From NCBI GenBank assembly GCA_047967505.1, contig CM106538.1: 64,000 bases of DNA. The stretch is one strand, 5' to 3'. The position numbers and the translations under genes are program-made. Of the stretch, positions 54,285 to 64,000 are shown in pieces; within the stretch, counting starts at the first letter, position 1, and each line of letters starts with the position of its first letter. The DNA comes from Dipteris shenzhenensis. Lineage: Eukaryota. The notes beneath the pieces were generated by a model, which ran no database searches, was not told where the DNA came from, and worked only from the letters and a program-made list of their open reading frames with translations.

Positions 54285-55752
54285 CCCTCGTGACAATACC
54301 AATACTTGATAAATAAACGAGCTACATCTTCAGCGCTGGCCGTTTTGTTTGTAGGGAATAAGCATACAATATTTACTAAAGCGATAAACAATAGTAAGAC
54401 ATTGAGTATACGTTTCTGCGGATGCTGGAAGTGGTCCCACGAAATCCATACCTATGTCTTGAAAAGGACTGTCGGGGATTGGCAATGGCATAAGTAAGCA
54501 TGCCGCTTTCTTGTGGGAAGCCTTGACCTTTTGGCATATCTGACAATTCTGACATATCCGTATACGTCCTTCCGCATCTTTGGCCAATAGAAATAGCGCT
54601 CTAACTTCTCCAAAGTCCTGTTGATACCTCTGTGACCACCGGTAAGGGCGTCATGGGCATCATGAAGAAGCAACTGCCGTTTATCTTTGAGTACACATAA
54701 TCTTTTCTTATAAAAAGCCAACCGTCCTCTAATGAGTAATGGCCTAGAGCAAGCATTGTGGCTAACTAGAACTGCGTGCCAAGCTCTGCTGACTCTGCGT
54801 GTCAAACTCTACCGACTCCGCGTACTGTGCCTTCATGCTATCAAGATCATTTTCTTTGATTTTGAGCACAGTGTCTGGATGGAACCTTTCCGACTAAGAG
54901 CATCGACAACGGGGTTGTTTTTGCAGGGAACGTACTCGATCATTCCTCCAAACTGCTAGAATATCTGACTCCACCGTTGTTGCCCATTGGTCCATTGCAC
55001 ACTAGGCATTATCTGAAGCCCCTTAAGGGCTTGGTGATCTGTCTTAACCGTGAAAGTCCGTCCATATGGGAAAGACTTCCAATGTTTTAATGCCTAGATG
55101 ACACCGAGGAGCTCTCTATCATAAATTAAATAGTTCTTTTCGGCATCGTTAAGCTTTCTGCTGTAATATGTCCCGGGCCTATCTTCTTGCTGTAAAATTG
55201 CCCCGATGGCGACATTGCTAACGTCTGTGATTACCAGAAATGGATCATCCCAAGAGGCGATCTTCATAACTGGTACTGTTGTGGCCAGTTGTTGCAAGTC
55301 ATGAAAGGCTTGCAAAGCTTTGCCTGTGACTTGAACTTTTTGTCTGCGTGTCTTTACCCCCTGGAGTAAATCTGTAAGAGGGGCTGCGTGTGTCGAATCC
55401 CTAGTATGCTCCGATCGCCATGTATCACGGTGGGCTCAGGTAAACCTTCCACAATAGTGAAGGTGTCTTGCCGCCAATCAGGCATCGGTACATGCTCACG
55501 GAACCGCTGAATCCCAAGAATCATGTCGCACCCCATCAAAGGAGTAAAAAAAAAATCCCACGTAAACATTGCCTTTTGAACTGAAAAAGTGAAATAAATG
55601 GCCTTATGCATGATATGTGTGCGCAAGCCGCGTGTGAACCCGTCCACTGCAAGCTCGTGAGGCACCAAGGTACACCCCACTGTCTTGGCAAGCTGAGGGC
55701 AGATGGCATCTTTTGAACTCCCCATATCGAACAAGACAATAAACTGATGCAC

Positions 55753-57605
55753 ACGGAGGCGACTGGCAGAGAAGGTGGAGGAGGTGGAGCGGGGGCTGCA
55801 CTCGGCTGGAAAGCCGACGGTGCAGCTAACTCTGTAGGAGAGGCGAGGGGGACAGGGGGGGGGGGATGGGGATGCATCTGGAACTGGGACTGAGGGGGAG
55901 GAGGAGGAGACTGAGGAAGAGGAGGCGGGGGCTGAAACTGCGGGTCGGGCGAAGGGGGGGGAAACTGGGGAGAAGGCGGGGGGGCGAGAGAGAGGAGGAT
56001 CTGAGGCTGTGGAGGGCGGGCTGCCGTCGAAGAAGAAGCTCTCCCAGGTCCCTGGGGCATCTGCCTGTCAGGTCTCTGGAGTGCTGCTGCAGGAAGGGTA
56101 ACCTCTGCCTCCTTGCCTTTATCCGAAATCTTCTTGTTCTTTCCTCTTTTCCTTTGAACCTCGGTCCAACCGCCCACTACCTCTGGACCAGACTCCGACT
56201 GCCTCGGCTCCTCCTGGGGAGGGTCGAGACGAGCTGGCGAAGCGTGGACAAGCAGCCGCCAAGTGCCCAAAGCCGTGGCACCGCAGGCACTGACCTGGCT
56301 GTCCGGTGACTATCATGCTCTGGGTGATGCTGCCGGCACCTGTCACAATCTCGATCACTGCAGGGAGAGTCGCAGGATCCGCCACAGCCACACGGACTCG
56401 GGGAGCTCCTGCCGTGGTCACCGCGTCGGCAAAGGTGTCGTGCATAACCCAGCCAAAATGGGAGCCCAAGTCCCTGACAATCGGCCGCAGCTCAGTAGCA
56501 AGCCCTGGAAAAACTAGTGTCACTAGGTGGCGAGGTATACGGAACCGAACATCGAAATCCGCTGCGCTGAAACCACGGTACCATGGGACTATCATGATGA
56601 TCTTCCCATCCACCGATGTGGGGGAACCGGCAATCAGGTTGCTCGCAGCTTTCTCATTGGAGAGTTTGAGCCAGAAGATGCCCCTTCCCATAAGGGCCAC
56701 CTCCTCAATATGGCCATCCTCTAGCAGGAGAGTGGACTGGAGCCAGTCCCTGATGGTAGACCTGGAGGGGGAGTGTCCAATGACTCTACCGTAAACAGAG
56801 GTACGAGCAAAGTCAATGGCTACCTCCTGAACACGAGATGATTGTTGCTCTGTCAGGATAACGCGGTAGGCATCTGGAGAGGGAGGGTCCGATTGGGCCT
56901 CCGGATCCCGGGCAGGGGGCCGCCATACCGCCAAGACTAACTGCAAGCTTCCGATGAGGAAAAACAGGCTGCCACCCAAGAAGGGGGACGAAGCGGGAGG
57001 TGGAGCCTGGGGGTGAGGCGGGCGAGGCGAAGTGAGGGGGCGGGGGGGTCGGAACGGAGGGCGGGGTGAAGGCTGCGGGGTGCGGGGAATACGGAAGGGC
57101 GCGGGAGGGCGGGGGGGCGGGGTTGGAATGGCGGGGGTGGAGGGGTGAAACGGGGGGCGGGGAGAGCGGAATGAAGGCGGGGGGGCGGGTGAAGCGAGGG
57201 GGGCGAAAGAGCAGCGAGGGGGCGGGTTGGAGCGGGGCGGATGGCGAGGGAGCAGCGAGGGGGCGGGTTGGAGCGGAGGCGAGGCGAGGGCGAGGGCGGG
57301 TTGGAGCGGAGGGGGCGGGTTGGAGCGGGGGCGAGGGGGCGGGTTGGAGCGGAGGCGAGGGGCGGGTTGGAGCGGGGGCGAGGGGGCGGGTTGGGCGGAG
57401 GCGAGGGTGCGGGTTGGAGCGGAGGCGAGGGGGCGGGTTGGAGCGGAGGCGAGGTGGCCGGCGGGAGAGGGGGAGGGGGGACGGGGGTCGAGGGCGGAGG
57501 GGGAGGGGTGGGGGTGGTCGCGGCGAGGGGGGAGCTAGGGGGAGGTAGAGCTAACGGCGAGGGGGGGGAGGGGAAGCTCGCAGGAGCGCGAGTTCATTTC
57601 TTTCT
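55753..57605 (-). mobile_element. L1-clade LINE 5' end and most of ORF1
   Basis: Pro-rich N-terminus, RRM/DUF4283-like region (ALMGRGIFWLK, VPWYRGF), zinc knuckle CLRCHGFGHLAAAC. Preceded on minus by the TSD copy at 57606-57621. Confidence 0.9.
57214..57452. repeat. GC-rich tandem repeat of about 24 bp (GCGAGGGGGCGGGTTGGAGCGGAG)
   Basis: About 9 imperfect units. The minus strand reads SPPLQPAP repeats. Confidence 0.85.
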
Positions 57606-57621
57606 CCGAGTATTGGTTGCT

Positions 57622-58760
57622 GGAATGGTCCTAAGTTGAGTACAAGTGCTCTCAAGAGAGTTGCTTGGCAGGATGATTACAATGAATGCTTGCAGAGGTT
57701 GTTCGTGCTTCTGATCACTGTGGGTGGTTCAGTGATGCTATCACCCATTGTTTGGGTATTCTAGTGAGTCCGTGGACACTTGTGATTGTCAGGGGAGCGT
57801 GTGGCCTTGTGTGGGTTGCTAGTAAACGCTGTTGGGTTAAATGCAGGTGTTTGCACTGAGAATGGATGCCTATGGTCACATGGGTGTGATAGCAAAGCCC
57901 CACAGGGCTAATGTGTTAACTGATGCCTCTGAGTGAGGGAAGAGCATTGAATGCGTGTGAGTTGGTACTCATTGTGTATCCTTTTTGCTGGCTTTGGCAA
58001 GTAACATGTTCCGTGTGGGAATATGTTTTTGGTTTCTCTAGGTGATGGATCACTTGCTGGCAGTGGTTGCTAGGCAGACGGCACATCTTTGGTACAGCCT
58101 TGTTGTTGAGTAGGCAAGGGTTGGGAAATCCATGCTTGGAATGGGAAGTATCCCTGGAACCCCGAGAGGGATGGTACAGGTGTGACTGATATAGTGTTTG
58201 CTGTGTTGTGATGCTAGATCTCTTTTGGGAAACAAGTTATTGTATTAGGATATGTGCAACCCATAGGGTGAGACACTATTGATCATGGCAGTCCTGGACA
58301 GTGGAGAAAGCTTTTGTATGCTTTCTTTCCCTGCTTTGAGCAGATGGATGACTAATTGGGCACTAGTGACAACTGTGGGGAACTGAGTGGCTGAGTGGGC
58401 TGCTAGTAACAATTCTGGGTTGTGTGCAAGCTTCCTGGACTAGGGATGGAGACCTTCCAGGAGTGGTGAGAGCAGTGAACAGTAAAGGCTATGCAGGGTA
58501 TGTGGAATGCCACAGTTGTAAGAAGGAATGTATCCTTTATGTAGCCTGGATTTCAGGGCCTCTCAATTAATTAAAGAAATACTGAAAGGGGCGCCAAGGT
58601 TTGGGGCCAATCTATGTTTTTGTCTTGATGCAGGGGCACTCTAGCTCCCAACGTGCTGGTCATACTTTTGCTGAATTGTTAATGTAATAGTGTTAACTGG
58701 TTACTTGTTAGTTTTATTGCCCTTGGACTTTATTGAAGGCCTGTTTCAGGTATCCCATTG
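57622..58760. mobile_element. Other half of the probable solo LTR
   Basis: Lies between the LINE TSD and GAGGG (58761-58765), where the gypsy integrase resumes. Confidence 0.55.
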
Positions 58761-59960
58761 GAGGGTTGCCAAAGACCATTACGTCCGACATGGACTCCAA
58801 GTTTACGTCTAACTTTTGGCGAGCCTTGTTTGATAATTTTGGTACTAAGCTGCAGATGTCCGCTTTCCATCCGCAATCGAACGGCGAGACGGAAAAGTAT
58901 AATGGTATGGCGTTTGATATTTTGAAAGCATATTGTCATGATGCTAAGGGAAAGCGGGAGCAGTTTCTTCCACTTGTGCAGGCCATTCTGAACGATACCT
59001 ATTCTTCGAGTATTGGTCGCATACCTTATGAAGCAGCGTTTGGACGGTGGTTTACATCACTCCTCAACCGGATGGTGTCTCCATCTCTTGAAGCCAACAA
59101 AACCACTGAATCAATGGCAGAGATTACGGAGTCCATGAAAAGCTGCATCGCCAAAGCTCAAGCATCGTATACGCGTCAGGCTAACAAATCCAGACGAGTT
59201 GTCCAGTACAAAGAGGGGCAATGGGTGTATTTACGCATTATCAAGCAAAGATTGAAGCAGGTGGGCAAGCGATGCCCTAAGCTGTCCTTCAGGAGCTTCG
59301 GACCATTCCCTATTATCCAAAAGATCAACGATGTCTCAATGAAGTTACGCCTTCCAGACAATTGGACTATGCACAATGTGTTTCATGTAGCTTGTTGAAG
59401 CCACATTTTGGACCTCCTCTTTCAGAGATTTTCGACGAGCAACAACCTGAAGTTCTTGATGAAGCCGAAGTTTTGCAGCCAGAACAGATCCACAGCTCAT
59501 TCTCAGCTCTTTATTTCAGTCATCTCTCAGCTCTCTTATAGGATCTATCAATCCTAGCTTTCACTCTCTCACTCACGCAGTAAACCTGCATTCCGGTGGA
59601 CAGCACAAGCCTCTCCCTTGCCTTGCAGAAGCGTCCTACATCGTCAGTGTGGATAGCATCAAGGTCTCGGTATTGGTCGGCTGCCTCTCAGGTCTTTGGA
59701 TCCGCTCTACGTGTGCACAGTGAGCTCTTCAGAAGCACATTCCGTGATCTCTCAAAGAGTGTTCTTTGTATTTCTCAGTTCTCCAATTATAAAGCAAATT
59801 CTCCCGTGATTAGGGGAGGGGGCCCTCAGTGGGTACAGGGACTTAATCGGTTCTCTCTCTTTACCCTCATCTCCTTTCTCTCTCTATGGTGTACAAACGC
59901 TGATTCCTCGCTAAAGGTGTAAAGAAGGTCTTGTTGTGAATTATACCGTTGCATGTTATA

Positions 59961-60607
59961 AAGAGGAAGCAGAAGAAGAAGTGCTTCTATTGTGACACGC
60001 CAAGTCATTTTGCGAAGGACTGCAGAAAGAAGAAGGCGGATCATAAAAACAAGAGGAAAGAGTCGGACTCAGATTCAGAGGGTGACACAAAAGCCAAAGC
60101 TAATGTGGTAATCAAAGAGTTGTTCTTGGTGACATCTCCGTGTGTTATTGAGGTCAGATATGCCGACCTAGAAACCACAGTGATGATGTCTGACATTGAG
60201 ATGTGGGTCGACGAGGAGTCAGATGCCTTTGTGAAGGTGAAGGATAGCATGAAGTACTTGGTATCTTCCAGGCTCATGGCTGTTGATACTGACACGACGG
60301 TGGATTCCATGGAGTGCCTTGGGGCTTCATGTTCAGCTGGATGCTGTACTTTCAGAAGGGGACAGTACAGGATTACACAGGCTATTGGTATGTGCCTCGA
60401 TGAGGTGCATGGTCTGCTTTCAGAGCAAGCACACATGCAGTACGACGATCTGGTATGTACTTGATGCTCTTAATTTGAGCCTTTGTAGCATGCTGTGGAG
60501 AGACTCGGCTCTTCATTTGTCTCAGGTAATGCGAGATTGGAAGGAATTGTCCTTCTTCGAAGACAGAAGGGGAAGTCTGGGTGCTTCTTCAAATCTCGGA
60601 CACAGAT
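59961..60607 (+). mobile_element. Internal fragment of a second element-B-family copy
   Basis: Collinear with about 43815-44440 (KKKCFYCDTPSHFAKDC knuckle, then MRDWKEL.FFE). Confidence 0.88.
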
Positions 60608-61774
60608 ACTAACACAGCGGAACGATCTCAAATCCTCACTGATCTTGCACAAGATAGATGCAATCACTCACTGAAACCTCACACAGAAATACAGCATAGA
60701 AAGGAGAAGAAGAACTCAGAGTCTGTTTATCCAGAAGTGTGGGAAAACTGCTCAGGAATGAGATCACTACATCCAGCCAAAAGATGCTGGGCAAAATGAC
60801 AATCAAGGGAGATCATTCTTAGTTCAGCTTCTGGAACAGACAGCAATATGGCAACCAACAACTGTATGAAAACATCCAAGAGAGGACCCAAGATGTATTA
60901 CAAAGTAGTGCACTCACAAACCACACTATGCGGACAGCAGGGTGCTGCTCACTAGTGCTAGATCTGAGGCCACACATTGTTGCCCTAATCTGCTGCTCTC
61001 TCCTTCTGCTGTGTGCACGCCTCGGATGAGGACTTTTGTGTAGATGGGAGGAGCTCAAAACTCTGTTCGACAGTTCCCTTTCAGCCCCTGTGTGTTCCGT
61101 ACACATGCCAAGGTCTACTGCTACTGCTGGTACCTCTATCTCGGCTGGAACCTTTGTTTGCATCTTCTGTAGTGCCTTGGTGCCCTTCTGAAGCCTGGAA
61201 TTGATGGCAGATTCTCTGCCCTTCCACCCTTGCTGCTGCCCTTCACAGTTGCCCCAATACCCTGGCAAGCATTCCTGAAGACCTGTTTGGCAACGTGGAC
61301 TGGATAGCATGACTGCCTTCAAAGGGGGCTGGATATGCCCCTGCAATCCGACTGACTGGGGGCCTGTATGGCTGACCTGGCAGCCTGCTATACATCAGAC
61401 CAAATCAACTCTGCTGGCCGACCAGACCGGGTCTTCTGGGGTCTATAAGCCCCCCAATGGATGCACCTATTGTGTCAAGTCCAGGGCTGAAAGCAGGCCC
61501 TTTTGCCCTTCCAACGGGGCCTACAATCTGCTGCAGACATGCCCTAAGTCAGGGCGCATGTATGGCTCAATGAATGGCTGACACCATGGATGTCTCTACT
61601 GTGGCAGATCTGCCCTGAGGGGTGGGTTATAAATAACGCAAGAAGGACATGTATATGCTGCCCACATGTCCATGTGGCAGTTTTTTCATCCCTTACCCTT
61701 CCCCCCTATTTCTCTGCAAGTGTTACTTCCCCATGCTCTCCTCATTTGGGGGACATTCTAGTGAGGATATGACA
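60608..61774 (-). mobile_element. Truncated copia-type LTR
   Basis: Starts TGTCA on minus at 61774. CCCCCAAATGAG motif and U5-like end are shared with the LTRs of elements A, B and D. Confidence 0.6.
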
Positions 61775-63437
61775 TGATCTCAGATGAATCAGGTGACAGT
61801 AAGTCTTGAGAGAGACCATGGAATGTTTTATAGTTTACATAGGCGTATAGAACATGTGTGACCTGGAGTGTGGTTTTAATGTGATGGTTTTACAGATGAA
61901 TGACATGGTCAAAGACTTTGTTTTCAAGGTTCTTGATGAGGGGACTAGACATTTGTGAGGACTAGACTTTTGCAAGACTTCCTTCTAGTCTTATGAAGGT
62001 ATATTAACTGGCATGTTACATGTCTTGCCTTATTTCACCTCCTTATGTACTCATTTCAAATGCCGATTAGGCCCTCTATGTGATCCTTCATTTCATACTC
62101 CGGCAACACTTGTTCCCAGGCAATGATTACACAAGTATTATTGGCACATTATATGCATAGGGAGTCTTGGGAAGATCTAGTCCCCTCGTGTTCCTTTTTG
62201 TCCTTTTCATTGAATTGCAAACCCATAACATTAAACCGAGATTTGATTTGCTTATGCTGTGTACATTTACGTACTTCAAACATTTCACAATATTTTGTCA
62301 ACTAATTCATTCAACGTCATGTCACATTTAGACTGGAATGTAACACCCTAGGGTTTGGAGAATTTGTGTAAAACCTAAGAATGTTCCTCTTTATTGTTGT
62401 AATCAAAATGAAGTATGGAAGCTGAAAGCGATCCCTGTTAGACTTCCATTTCACTTACAATCATAATATGAACTTTGCTTCTTATCCTAGACTGATGCAT
62501 CATGTTCCTTCAATACTCCTCAAATTGGAGAGTTTTAGCCTGTAGCCTATAAGAGAAGATTTTCTATTTTTACGCTTTTGGGTCAATTTTCAATTAAGGT
62601 CCTGGAAAGATTTAACGTTGATAAAAAAAGATTAATAATAAGCATCTTTTCAAACTTTAGAGAATTTTTATTGGTAAGATCTTTAAGCGAGAACTTAACA
62701 TTGCATTCAATTGAACTTTTGCTAGGGAAGTTTTTAGATCTCAAGTTCTTGGCTTTTAAAAGTTCTCTCAGTCTAAGAAAAGAGCTTATGATCACTATCT
62801 TTACTTATCCTGATCTTGACAACATATTTTCAAGTTAATTATTGGATTACAAGAATTTGGAAGCATTCTGAGGTTGCTTGGAAGTATGTGAAAACATGAG
62901 GACAAAAGGCTTATTTAGACATTGGTAGAAATCTTATAGAGTATAGAAAGCAAGACTTACTTTGATAATAAGTTTGCTTCTTTTGTTGAAAATTCTTCAG
63001 GATGTGTTATGACTCCAAATACTTCAATCCTTTGTTGCTTTTCTAACAAAATTTTTCCTTAAAAAAATAAAATCTGACTTTTTTCTTCTAAGTATTCATG
63101 CCTATTTAAAGCCATAGAGATGATATCTTGTGTTGCTTGAGCAATTAAAATATTAGAATTAGAGAAGGGGAAAGGAGGGAAGTTGGTGGGAAGGGGAGGA
63201 AGAGCAGCACAAATGGATTGTTTTCAAGTGCTTGGAAAAAGTTAGGTGTTACCGGATGGTAGGATTGAGACTCTTGGATTAGTAGGAAGGTTGAGAAGCA
63301 TGGGCAAAGAGGCATGGCAAGGAATATGAGTTAGCATGGATTCAGGAAAGAAATGGAGGATGTTACTGGAGTTAGGGAGGGATGTGATAAGATAAAAAAA
63401 GAAAGTGGTGAGACAGGGGAGATTCGATTGAAGGTAG

Positions 63438-64000
63438 TGTTAGAAATCAACCCAACAGAGGGTACACACAGCGGAAGACTTATAGTAATGCCCAAGAGCT
63501 CACACAGTGTGCTGTGTGGGTGTGGAATCACAAACTTCTTTACTTATGTGCATTCAATAGATGTGCAGACTCATCAATAGACAATGAACCGACCAGATAG
63601 AGAAACACCAAAATATATATATTTCCGTCTAAAACTATGGACACAATACAAAAGAGACAGATCCAGAGTCCCACCAATGATGTGGTCCTCTGATCTTACC
63701 ACAAGGTCCTTCTCCTATTGGCTGGCTATCTCTAGACTCGAGTCCGCATGCTCCACCTCGAGCTTCTGTAGACTTTCCGTCCAGATGCCTTCCACCTTGC
63801 TGTCTTTGCACCAGCCTAGGTGGGCAGCTCTTCCAGCTCTCAGTCTGCAGCTCCTTGTCACCTTCTTCACCTCCTGATATATAGGCCCAAGAGAGGTATC
63901 CTTGGCTGCTCCAATCTGCTGGTTCCTGCTGCTGCAAGTGATGCGAAGTGAGGCCTCAAGGACCTCCTTTTATAGGGCCCCAAGGGCTGATAAAAATACC
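63438..64000 (-). mobile_element. Element-B-related LTR running off the window
   Basis: Reverse complement matches the 3' end of LTR 44857-45878 (GTGATTCCACACCC..GTGAGCTC..TTTCTAACA). No PBS next to it. Confidence 0.85.

Larger units (their letters stand above)
45879..59960 (+). mobile_element. Ty3/gypsy chromovirus-like element ('element C'), nested and partly inverted
   Basis: Partial 5' LTR to 46454, PBS 46455-46467, gag with CFHC..GH..KDC to 47793. Protease, RNase H and integrase N-terminus lie on minus at 55752-54285. Integrase continues on plus at 58761-59490 (GLPKTITSD, HPQSNGETE, GPF, HNVFHV, chromodomain start). Partial 3' LTR 59491-59960. Confidence 0.88.

Noticed and set aside
57066-57639. 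Gly/Arg-rich plus-strand ORFs
   Set aside because: Antisense readings of the GC tandem repeat in the LINE 5' region.
31789-61780. TGATCT direct repeats flanking TGTCA...TGACA, suggesting one 30-kb outer LTR element
   Set aside because: Sequence after 31795 shows no similarity to the LTR at 60608-61774, and a 6-bp TSD is atypical for copia. Probably chance.
61775-63437. Possible further QTRT2 exons in the AT-rich segment
   Set aside because: No reading frame with QTRT2-like motifs between plausible splice sites was found by eye.

Overview
Repeat-rich land-plant nuclear DNA. A large-genome lineage such as a fern or gymnosperm is inferred from the TE families present; this is not proven. Only one host gene is recognisable: exons 1-3 of the queuine tRNA-ribosyltransferase accessory subunit (QTRT2-like, + strand, 30926-31637). 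No exon 4 was found, so intron 3 appears to extend more than 32 kb and holds a deep nest of TEs. The rest is mobile DNA: a very young Ty1/copia element (24103-29608, LTRs about 99.7% identical, TSD AATGA, one RT frameshift), older copia and gag-only LTR elements, a chromovirus-like Ty3/gypsy element, L1-clade and RTE/RTEX-like LINEs, a 681-bp hAT-type element, a decayed DUF6570-type Helitron, a DUF7869-like transposase fragment, an RPA-like OB-fold remnant and an NB-ARC pseudogene. The most unusual signal is four local inversions (about 1497-5619, 13697-16802, 38294-39071, 47790-55752), each bounded by only 1-4 bp of inverted microhomology. Re-inverting them restores TE domain order, in three cases a reading frame across at least one junction, and in one case two target-site duplications.
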